64,000 nt of DNA, taken from contig NIVC01000475.1 in the NCBI GenBank assembly GCA_002269645.1, positions 248,001 to 312,000 of the forward strand, read 5' to 3'. Origin of the DNA: Macrostomum lignano. Lineage: Eukaryota. Positions 23,001 through 35,000 of this stretch are shown one piece after another; position 1 is the first letter of the stretch, and each line of letters opens with the position of its first letter. A program made the translations under genes and the position numbers. A model generated the notes under the pieces. That model ran no database searches, was not told where the DNA came from, and saw only the letters and a list, made by a program, of their open reading frames with translations.

Positions 23001-26000
23001 GGACTGTTTGAGAGTGAGCGGGACTGCTTGAGAGTGAGCGGGACTGCTTGAGAGTGAGCGGGACTGCTTGAGAGTGAGCGGGACTGCTTGAGAGTGAGCG
23101 GGACTGCTTGAGAGTGAGCGGGACTGCTTGAGAGTGAACGGGACTGCTTGAGAGTGAGCGGGACTGCTTGAGAGTGAGCGGGACTGCTTGAGAGTGAACG
23201 GGACTGCTTTGATTTTGCGTGCTAAAATTGAGCAAATCCTCCGGAAAGAATGAGTTTTACAACTTACTATTGTGTGTCTCACGGTTGTTTTACGGTCAGC
23301 AAAAAGCATGGAATCATCTCACAAGTTGGAAACCCAGTGATCGGGCACTGTATGAAAGGCGGCAATCGTTGATATGAAGAGCGGACTGACACAGTGTCTG
23401 AACTGAGATATGACCGGTAGGCAGGGGAGCCATCAGCTGAAGGTCTCGTAAGTCAATCATCCTGGCAGCTCAGTACGGTCCCGCTGTCTTAGGCTAAGAG
23501 CTGGTGAATATTTCATGCGGCTATAGGGCCGCACGCCATCTCTTACTGAGTCCATCCCAGCCTCCGCTCATCATCCTTTTCTCTCCTCGCAGCGCGAGTG
23601 AAAGAAAATAAGGCGAAGGCTGGGCTGGCTGCAACAAGCTGCTGAGCCACCCTCAGTGAGATCGATTTACAAATAAACACCTCAGCGGCTCTGGGCTCTT
23701 TGGTCGCAAATGTGCTCAACCTGCTCTGGTCTCGGGCTTCTTTGAGCTGTTTAATTTCTGGGGCGGCTTTCGCCCACTTTCCAGCGCGTCATTCTTTAAC
23801 GATCGTTCTTTCACTCAGGGTAAACGGTTTGTTTGAAGGACCGGCCTACTGCACTGGTGCCGTGAGAAAGTTCAAAGCCACCTGTGCCAATATTCCAGTT
23901 CCTACATTCAAAGTGTGGCCTGACCACAGATACTGAGTAGTATATTTGGCCTGACCGCTGTGTCCTTTGTGTTGCTTAATTAATTCTAATTTATAATTTT
24001 AATTCACAAATAGTGAACGCAATGCTTTAGTTGTAATTACATAAAACATAATATTGAACTACATAATATAGAGCTACATAGAAGTAGAAGGATCACTAAC
24101 CAAGTAAGTATAAGTGCATTTGCATTAATAAAAGAAGCTTCATGTCGAAGTTAAGAGATTCATTTGGGAATCCCTACGATGTCGAGGCTTGCAGGGAATC
24201 GCTATAATGCTGTAGTGCTATAATGACTCTTGGAGAGAATTAATGAAATGTCAATGCATTAGGGTTAGGGCTAGGGTTAGGGTTAGGGTTTGGGTTAGGG
24301 TTAGGCTAGGGTTAGGGTTAGGGTTAGGGTTAGGGTTCGGCTAAAGTTAGGGTTATTGTTAGGGTTAGATTTTTTTAGATTTCAAGGCTTATGGGGGCAT
24401 CGCTGAGATGTCAAGGGGGGAATTTGATATGTTGAAGCTTGTGGGGGGGGGATTACTGACATGTCAAGGCTTTTAAGGGACTGCTGAGGTATATTGCAAT
24501 GCAAAGAGATGCTACATGTAGTTTATTACAAAACTTGTACTGCATTTTTGGCTCCCCAACGCTAAGATACTAAGCTAAAAAATACTACTAGCGCTTCACA
24601 AACTTAAGCAGATGTCAGGCTGTAGGGTTTGTGTTAGGGTTGGTATTAGGGTTTGGGTTTAGGGTTAGGTTCATGGTTACATCTTTAAGATTCAGGTTAG
24701 GGCTAGGGTTAGGGTAGCTTATAACTTAGCTCATGTAGCTTATTAAAAATGTTTATCATTGAAGCGTCATGCAATAATAATGGAAGCGTCATATGAAAAA
24801 TCATGGAAGCGTCATGTGAAAAATAATGGAAGCGTCATGCAAAAAATAATGGAAGCGTCATACAAAAAATAATGGAAGCGTCATACAAAAAATAATGGAA
24901 GCGTCATACAAAAAATAATGGAAGCGTCATGCAAAAAATAATATACAAATATTAAATTTAGGGTTATGCTGAGGGTTAGGGTTAGGGTTAGAAGTTTAAC
25001 AGGATATTTTTTTAAGATTTCAAGGCTACATGTAGCTTATTAAAAAACGTGTATTGCATTTCTTTGGCCCCCCAACGGGGGGCGTAGATTGCTAGTACAA
25101 TGCTAAAACATTAGATGGGTCGGCAGGGGGGTTGTGTGCACCCTGGCGCACTTCAAGCGACATTGTCACACAACCTGTGAGAGGCATTACTGCCCATTCC
25201 GCCGACTCCCCTGAGCAGGCACACAAGCGCGCGGATACGTACGCAGTCATACGCACAGGCACACACTCACACAGGAGTGTACAGCGGCCCTAACTTTATT
25301 TATCGTTAGGCATGTACACTTCACTGTGCTTTGGGGTTGGCCCTCAAGGGCATTAACTGCACGATCAAAGCCAAGCCGAGATTCCAAATTAGCCCCAAAT
25401 TAATGTGACTGCACTGGGAATCGAGCCTGGGACGATGGAACATCGGAGCACCGCACAGGACCACTTAGGCTAAGCCCTTTGAAAATAAGCACAAATAAGC
25501 TCTGCACACAGATTGATGATGACCATTGGACAGCGTTTTCCATATCGGATTATGCCCGTTTCTTTCTAAAGCAACTTCTAAGTTTCAAGGGCTGCTAGCG
25601 TGCTATATGTTGGTTTATCGCATGAGAAAAGAAGACGTTGTATAACTTTACTCATTGCTGGATGATGAACTTGCTGTCATGCAGAAGAGCAGCAAGCTGA
25701 CGACGACTGGCTGAGGTCGGGAACGCCCGGCTCCAACAAACCGGCCGCTCCATCGAGATGGTCCTGCTGGTCAGTTTCAGGTTAGTCCGATCGCCCAGTT
25801 CTTATATCGCGGATATTGTTCTGATAATCTACATTTCCAACCCTAAAAAATCAACCAGCTGTGACCGATGTCTTCCACCGAATCCGAGACTCAATTCAGA
25901 GACTTGTTGAGCACAGATTTTTCCAACGTGGCATCCTGTTGGCCATTCTAATCAATACATTTAGTATGGGCATCGAGTACCACGACCAGGTATTGTTGAA

Positions 26001-29000
26001 CCTATAAACCTTCCTAAATAGTAAATTTACGTGAGGAAAAAACGTAAGTTACACAACCTCAAATTCTGGATTTATTTCAGCCCAAGCAGCTGACTGAGTT
26101 CATTGAGTACAGCAATTTGGTGTTTTGCGTTGTGTTCGCGCTTGAAATGCTGCTTAAGCTGGTTGGTGAAGGATTCTTCAATTACATCAGCAGCGGCTTC
26201 AACGTTTTCGATGCCAGCATCGTCATTCTAAGGTAACGTATAGTATATGTGTGCTTATGCTTGGCGTTTCCCTCTCATTTCACAACCTAAAAATGTCATT
26301 CCAAATTGGGTGCTGTGAAATTTGGTAAGAGACTTAGAGATTTTGGTTAGTCCGACGATGCAAAAGTCAGGGGCAGATACTGGCACCCTGGCTTGTTTTC
26401 GAGTGTGACCAGACTGATTCACATTAAAACTGAGCGATTACTCAATCTGAAAGTCCCTCATCATTGCAGCATTTTCGAGCTCATCCAAGACGGCAACAGC
26501 GGATTATCTGTGCTGCGCACATTCCGCCTGCTCCGCATACTCAAACTAGTCAGGTTCCTGCCAGCGCTCCGCCAGCAGCTGTTCGTCATGATCAAGACCA
26601 TGGACAACGTGGCCACATTCTTCGCTCTGTTGGTGCTCTTCATCTTCATTTTTAGGTAGGCCTTCTTTGCGGTCAGGGAAGCTGATCGAATGGTCCTTGA
26701 CCTAAAAAGTCACTGGTCCAGGCTGCTCATTAATCAAAAACGGCGAAAAACTATACGACTCAAAACTTCCTGTAGACTTAACTGAACAGTTTCTCATGAT
26801 TAGTCGTCGGGAATCGAGTATATTTAACTTCAAACTGTATAGGATTCAAACTTCAATCAAGTTAATCAATTTACGACCCAAAAAGCAAAGCTGTCTTTAT
26901 TCCAAATTAAACCGTCGATGAGTTACTGAAGTACACTGCATGTAGGCTATCGATGACTCATTAAGTTATCAAAGATCCACGCTAAGCTTTTGACGACTCA
27001 CACCAATGGTCGCATCCAATCCAGTAGCTCTAATCCGATAGCGATGATAGCGTTGCCAGTACATGCAGGAACGGTCGGTCGGGTGATTCCAAAAGTTCAA
27101 ACTCGCATGTATGGTCCAAACAACTGTCTCCAATGACTCTAAACCCTCCTTGAAAAATGTGCCCGACCCGCAGCGTGCTGGGCATGACTCTTTTCGGCGG
27201 CAAATTCTGCTGGCACCCAGACGGCAGCACCTGCAGCTGCAGCGAGCGAGCCGATCCCAACAGCGACTGCACCTGCGACCGGGCCAACTTTGACACCATC
27301 ATGTGGTCTCTGGTCACCGTGTTTCAGGTGAGCAACGACGGCTTTTCATTTAACGCGATCAAACTAAAAGACGTTCTTTAAGTAGAGAACGTTACTAGAG
27401 CATAGAGAACACACTGGATTTAGTACATCTTCAGTTCGCTATCAAAACCAGTGCCTTGAGACCAAAATTTCGCGTACCCGACTTTATTGCAAAGCATTGC
27501 AACCTCCTAGCTTAGCTACTATTAGTAAGGGGTTCCTCCAATCTGATCCTTCATTGAAAGATTTATTGAAACCTTAACAAATGCAGGTTCTGACCCAGGA
27601 GGACTGGAACATTGTGCTCTACAACGGCATGGCCAGAACTTCGTCTTGGGCAGCTTTGTACTTCATCGCCCTCATGACGTTCGGAAACTACGTGCTGTTT
27701 AATCTGCTGGTTGCCATCCTTGTGGAGGGATTTTCTAGCGAGGTGAGTCCAGGAGAATTTCTGCAGGATTTGAGTGCATCCACTAGGCAGACTGCAATGG
27801 CGTGCATCACTGAGCTACTCTCTAGTAGAATTATTTATAGTTAGCCTCTGTTGATATCGTTTGCCTTTTGTTGCATTTTTAACAAAACTCGTCTGCTGCT
27901 AGCGGAGAAAGTCGCTATTATTTTTATTTCAATTCAATCCGGGGAATCGTCGTTTCCTTTGTTTGATCTACTGGTAGATTTTGTCTTTTTTGCGAGAGCA
28001 CTCTAGAGTGAAAACAAGGACTGCTCAAGTAACATATATATAGGACGCAACACTCTAAATCTATGGTAAATGTTTTGAAGGCAACTTTTCGCCGAAAAAT
28101 ACACTACAGAGATAGGAGGTTTTAAATTTTTCAGCACAAAAATTGTTATTGCTTTTGATAGGAGGCAGATTCAGTGTTTAGCTCATTGCTTTGAAATTCT
28201 TCCAGTACCTAAAGATAAATAGTTTGTCAAGAAAATATTTTAAATAAATAATTCCACCCAAAATTCGAAACGTGACTTTGCGCAGAGAAAGTACTATATT
28301 ATGGAAAAATACCGGCTTCGCCAGGTAAAACGATCATATTTTTGGCTTCAGTCTGTAGATCCCTGATCGTAGATTTCGTTAGTTCTGCCGCTTAAATTTT
28401 GCCTTGTCGTAGCTGCTGTTTTGGTTTTTGTTGACAATTTTGCAGGTGTAAAATGCAGACTTATTAAGTCGCGCATTGACACTTGTAGCAGCGTTTCTGA
28501 GTCAAGTCCCGAGCTGTCAATCAACCAATGCTTTGGACAAAAGAGTATTCTAATGCCTCACTGAAGCACGTTATAGACTGTAGTTGCGACCTCGTCCTTG
28601 TCTATATTCCTATTGTCTGCATTCCCTTACTTTTAGTTTAACCTGGAGTGATCATTTGAGTTTTATTTGAGCATAACACGCATAATAAAAATTAACAATG
28701 CAAGCAACTGTTTAGAAAAGTCAGACGTTCATTACCATTGTAGAGAACTTAGTCCAGCGCACTCTCGCTGCACCAATCCAGTTTTACTACGGTAGATTTC
28801 AAAATCATCCATTCTGCACAGTTTTATCTGGAAATAAAACTCAGGAAAATTTTCCTGAGTTCACCGGAAATTGACAGGGTCATCTCAATTAAGCTTTGAT
28901 ATACTGTCTGAGTGCGTGAGCAGCATTGGGCAATTCAGCATAGAAAGCGCGCCTCACTTCCAGAAGGGCGGCTCAATCAAGGGATCTCAGAAAGAGTCCA

Positions 29001-32000
29001 CGGAGTTCGACACCGACGACAGCTGCAAGACTTCGAACGACGGCGGCGCCGGCCTGGCGTCAATATCGACGTCGGCGCTGGGAAAAATCCCCGGCTTTGG
29101 AACGCGACGAGCGACGGATCCGAAGGCGAGCGGGAATAATCCACCTGGGAAAGGTGATCTCGACCTTTCATAACTTTCTTCTATTATACCTTATTCCTAA
29201 CTGTGAAGGTCGGGGGTTCGATTCCCGATCCCACTGGAACAATTTGTGTCCTTGAGCAAGACACTTAACTCTGAATTGCTTCAGTCCACCCAGCTGTAAA
29301 ATGGGTGCCAGCATTAGCTGGGGTAATTGAGGGTGTGCATGGCGACCCCCAGTCCTTAGACTGAACAGCCGTAAGCAGCCTTCAGATGCGCCGCGCAATA
29401 GCTGCGGCTGAGCTGTCGGTTGCACACCTGGCCATTACGGCAGGTGTATTCAAATATTAGTATTATCGTATTATGATTACGACGTAGTAACTAGGAAAAA
29501 TCACCACTTTGAGCAGCTTTTATTGAGTTTAGAGAAAAGCTTTAAAAGCGCATTTGGATTTCTTTTCCTTAATTCAATAAGCCATTAAAAAGGAAAATGT
29601 TAAATTAATTCGCAAATCGAAAGAAAAATGCCAGAACTTACTCCGCAATCCGTGATCAATTTCCCAGGTGGGAAGTCGCCAGTCGGAGCACCTCGCAGTC
29701 TGCATCTTCAACCGAGTCCCCACCTGCAGCAGCAGCAGCAGCAGCACTGTCTCTACCTGGATTGCGCGAGAGGCCTGGTGCCGCCGATCATCACGCACAC
29801 GGCGGCGACTCCTCAGACGACGCCGCAAGGCAGCCCGGCAGCCAACGAGCTGCCAATGCAACCGCAGCCGCAGCAGCAGCCTCTGTGCGATCCGAGACCG
29901 TTCCAGTGCAGCTCATCCAGCATCGAGACAATCGACAGATCGCTGACTGTAAGCCGCAGGCGGTGTTCTCTGAAATAACTTCAAATAAAAATCGCAACAA
30001 CACATCTGTCAGTAATCGTATCTGCAAACTCCAACACTCTCCCAGAATGAAAGGTCGAGCCTGCAGTCTACGCGAGCCAATCAGAGAGCTCAGACAGGCA
30101 TTGCGGATGCTGGACATTGCGCATTCCCAACTAGCGCCATCTGCAACGGATCCGCCATCGCGGCGACGGCGGGGGCGGCCCACCACGGCGCCAGGAACAT
30201 CAACGGCCGGATCTTCCGCGCGCCAACGCCGCCAAACCCGACCGGGCCAGCCGGTCCGCCGACGGCAGCCGGCAGCTTCAGCAGCAACCGGTCGCAGCCC
30301 GGCAGCCGGCGGTCGCATCGAAGCTGTGCGGCGATCCGGCCGCAGACTGTCCATGAGGTGGCAGCAAAGGAAGCCAAGTCGAGCTGCTGCAGCTCGGACG
30401 AGCTGGCTCTTGTGAGCTGGAAAATCTCTGACTATATTTGTGAAAATGCGCACAAATTATTACTTAAACTCTTTAATGCCCTTCTTTCAGAAATCGTATT
30501 GGTTTGAAAAATTTTTCTTCTCTCGAGAAAACTACGCGCTGTACGTCTTTGCACCGGACAATCCGTGAGTCCGTTTTACCCGCGGAGAACTTTGTAATGA
30601 TGTAATACTATCCAGGAGAGGTTGGAGTGAGGTGGGTGTTTCATGAGAGGTTGGAGTGAGGTGGGTGTTTCATGAGAGATTGGAGTGAGGTGGGTGTTTC
30701 ATGAGAGGTTGGAGTGAAGTGGGTGTTTCATGAAAGGTTGGAGTGAAGTGGGTGTTTCATGAGAGATTGGAGTGAGGTGGGTGTTTCATGAGAGATTGGA
30801 GTGAGGTGGGTGTTTCATGAGAGATTGGAGTGAGGTGGGGGAGGAGTTGGCCTCTGCTTTATTGCACATGACCGCTTCAACTCAGTCATAAGTTATTTTA
30901 CCAGAATCGAGTAAGATACGAGAGCCAGGTGTCTTATCGTCCTTAATTCTTCAGATTTCGCCTTGTTTGCTTGGCCATCACGTCGCAGAAGTGGTTCGAC
31001 TGCACCGTATTGTTTTTCATCGCTCTCAACTGCATCACTCTGGCGATGGAGCGGCCTTCGATTCCGCCAGACAGCATTGTGAGACCGCTTTGAACTGACA
31101 AGCCACCTGTCAGATTGAGGGTCGGGAATCTCTCAGATTGAGGGTCGGGGATCTCTCAGATTGAGGGTCGGGGATCTCTCAGATTGAGGGTCGGGAATCT
31201 CTCAGATTGAGGGTCGGGGATCTCTCAGATTGAGGATCGGGGATCTCTCAGATTGAGGGTCGGGGATCTCTCAGATTGAGGGTCGGGATTTCTCAGACTT
31301 CCCCAATTGGGCCATCGCCATCCCATTCCAGGAGCGGCAGTTCCTAAGCGTGAGCAACAACGCCTTTACCTTCATATTCACGCTGGAGATGCTGATCAAG
31401 GTGCTGTCCAAAGGCCTGGTGTTCGGGCAGCACACCTACCTGCGAAGCGGCTGGAACGTGATGGACGGCCTCCTTGTTGCCGTGTCCCTAGTCGATATTC
31501 TCATTACACTACTAGTTGGCAGTAGCAGTCGAATTTTCGGCATTCTTCGAGTATTCCGCCTGCTGAGAACGCTGCGACCCTTGCGGGTGATCAGCCGAGC
31601 TCCGGGCCTGAAGTTGGTGGTGCAGACTCTGCTGTCCTCGCTGCGACCCATCGGCAACATCGTGCTCATCTGCTGCACATTCTTCATCATTTTCGGCATT
31701 CTGGGGGTGCAGCTGTTCAAGGGAAAATTCTTCTACTGTGAAGGGCCCGACGTGAAGCACGTCGTGAACAAGTCAGACTGCCTGGCTGACAAGAGGAACC
31801 ACTGGAAACGGCACCTGTACAACTTTGACAATCTGGGACAGGTAAGGTCGCATTTTAAGGCGTTGCATTCCTTTTGCTTTTGCTGAAAGCTAATTGGTGC
31901 CTTGTTCGAAAGCGTGGCGTTTGCATTTTAGCCATTTTCAAGGCTAACATAAACATAACATAACATAATTTAACATAAATCAAGATTATCAATTCAATCA

Positions 32001-35000
32001 ACCAACTCAACCAACTCAACCAACTCAACCAACTCAACCAACTCAACCAACTCAACCAACTCAACCAGCTCAACCAACTCAACCAACTCAACCAACTCAA
32101 CCAACTCAACCAGCTCAATTCAAACAACTCAAACCAACTCAACTCAACCAACTCAACCAACTCAACCAACTCAACCAACTCAACCAACTCAACCAACTCA
32201 ACCAACTCAACCAACTCAACCAACTCAACCAACTCAACCAGCTCAATTCAAACAACTCAAACCAACTCAACTCAACCAACTCAACTCAACCAACTCAACT
32301 CAACCAACTCAAACCAAACTCAAACTCAACCACTCAAGGCTCTGATGACCCTGTTCGTGTTGTCCTCAAAAGACGGCTGGGTGCAGATCATGTACACCGG
32401 GCTGGACGCTGTCGGAGTCAACATGCAGCCAAAGGAGAATCACAACGAGTGGCTGCTACTGTACTTCATCTCCTTCCTGCTGCTTGTGGGCTTCTTCGTG
32501 CTCAACATGTTCGTCGGGGTGGTGGTTGAGAACTTTCACAAGTGCCGCGCCAGCCAGGAGAAGGAGGAGAAGGCGCGCCGGGCGGCCAAGCGAGCCAGGC
32601 GGATGGAGAAGAAGAAGAGGCGTGAGCAGTTTTTTCTGCTTTTCATGGGGGTCACTGTAGAACACTGAGACAAATGACTGGCTTTGTCTCTCAATTTTGT
32701 ATCCCGGAATTGGGGGCTTTCAGGAATTTTACAACTAAAGGATTTCCGATTCCGCAGCATTCAGGAATCCCTATCTGAACCATAAACCAAAGAATGCAAA
32801 AGCAACAGAACTCAGGGATCCCAAGTCGTAAAATTAAGGATCCCAAAGCCCCAGCATTCAAATCCCAAACCATAGTCCTAAGGATCCCAAAGCCCCAGCA
32901 TTCAAATCCCAAACGATAGTCCTAAGGATCCCAAAGCCCCAGCATTCAAATCCCAAACCATAGTCCTAAGGGTCCCAAAGCCCCATCAAATCCCAAACGA
33001 TAGTCCTAAGGATCCCAAAGCCTTAGCATTCAAATCCCAAACGATAGTCCTAAGGATCCCAAAGCCTTAGCATTCAAATCCCAAATGATAGTCCTAAGGA
33101 TCCCAAATCCCCAGCATTCAAATCCCAAACCATAGTCCTAAGGGTCCCAAAGCCCCAACATTCAGGAGTCGCAAAACCAAACACTTCGGGGTTCTCAAAA
33201 CGGAAACTCCAAAGCCGCAACCCAACTGACCCACCGTGCAGGCATCCGGGCGGTGCCCTACTGGGCAAATTACTCCCGATGGCGCACCACGGTGCACAGA
33301 TTCGTGGACAGCAAGTACTTTGATTTGGTCATCGCCACAATAATCGGCGTCAACGTGATCACCATGGCGATGGAGTTCTACATGATGCCGCCGGTGCGTG
33401 CCGGGGTGTGGCTGGGTGGGCAAGGACTTCTAATTTAGAAACTGGATTGGAAAGCCAAGTAGTTTTATTATTTAAAAATCTGGAGGCTTCCTATCTCGCT
33501 AATGCAAATCGGCTTCCAGTGAAAGTTCATTAGCGTCCTTCAGCTTTAGTGCACTTGTACATTTGTACATTTGTACTTTATTACGTGTACTTTTGTGCAT
33601 TTTCAATTCTGCATTTTTACCTTAGTATATTTGTACTTTAATACATTTGTTTTTTAGTAAATTTGTAATTCAGTGCATTTGCACTTTAACATATTTGTAC
33701 TTTTATACATTTGCACTTTTGTACATTTGTACCTTATTACATTTGTACTTTATTACATTTGTACTTTATTACATGTGTACTTTTGTACATTTGATTCCTC
33801 GGTTCAACCTGATTAAAACTCGGATATTAATCATCGTCATTCGGTCATTTCAGGAGCTGGACACGGGCTTAAAAATTACCAACTACGTTTTCACCTCAGT
33901 GTTCGTAGTTGAGGCCATATTCAAGGTATTCGCGCTGGGACTGGCCAGGTACATGAAGGACAAGTGGAACCAGCTGGATGTCCTGATTGTGATTCTGTCC
34001 ATTGCCGGCATAATCCTGGAGGAGATGCAATCGAAGGTCATCCCGATTAATCCGACCATCATTCGAGTGATGCGAGTGCTGAGGATTGCAAGAGGTGAGC
34101 TGGAAACAGGTGGGAAGCCAGCTCTAGATGAGTTGAACTAAAACTGGGCCTTAACCGCCAGCAGTCTGATGGTAAGCAGTGCTTACCACGCTGACACTCT
34201 AATCCAAGCCTAAACTTTCGCGAGTGAGGAAAGTCTCTATAAGTCTATGGCTGGCCACAGGCCGTTCCGGTCGGCTATGGTAAGCAGAGCTTGCCATAGA
34301 ATTGAAGTTAGGAAAATCAGATTGAGCAGCTCTTCAAAACTGTCTGTCTGTCTGTCTGTCTGACTGTCCATGCCTACATAAGCGCCATCTCAAAACGAGG
34401 CCATCTCAAAACGAGGCCATCCCAAAACGGCGCCATCCCAAAACGGTGCCATCCCAAAACGGCGCCATCCCAAAACGGCGCCATCTCTAAAACGGCGGGG
34501 GCCGTAACCCAGTGGTCTGATTTGCCAGCGGCCCAGGCTCGATTCCAAGTGCAGTCACATTAATTTGGGGTCAAAATTGAAATCTCGGCTTGGCTCTGCT
34601 CGTGCAATTAACGCCCCTTGAGAGACAATCCGCAAGGCGCAGTGAAGTGTACATGCCCAACGATAAATAAAGTTAGGGCCGCTGTACCCTCCTGTGTGAG
34701 AGTGTGCCTGTGCGTATGACTGCGTACGTATCCGCGCGCTTGTGTGCCTGCTCAGGGGAGTCGGCGGAATGGGCAGTAATGCCTCTCGCCCGGCTGTGTG
34801 ACAATGTCGCCAGGGTGCACACAGCACTATACTCTGATAGAAATTTTCAAGTTTTGGGTAGCCACTGCAAGCCCTACAGAAGCCGCGCCCCCGTCCCATA
34901 CCGCACTGCAGTGCTGAAGCTGCTGAAGATGGCCAAAGGCATTCGCGCACTGCTGGACACGGTGATTCAGGCGCTGCCCCAGGTCGGCAATCTGGGCCTG

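Noticed and set aside
22371-23309. 312-aa and 268-aa antisense ORFs to Cav3
   Set aside because: They derive from the 20-bp donor-seeded array.
24258-24369. TTAGGG run as a true telomere or fusion site
   Set aside because: Short, degenerate, single orientation, and inside an intron of an intact gene.
27571-27586. CCTTAAC branch motif 8 nt before the exon 13 acceptor (U12-like)
   Set aside because: The intron's donor is GTGAGC (U2-type), so there is no support for a second minor intron.
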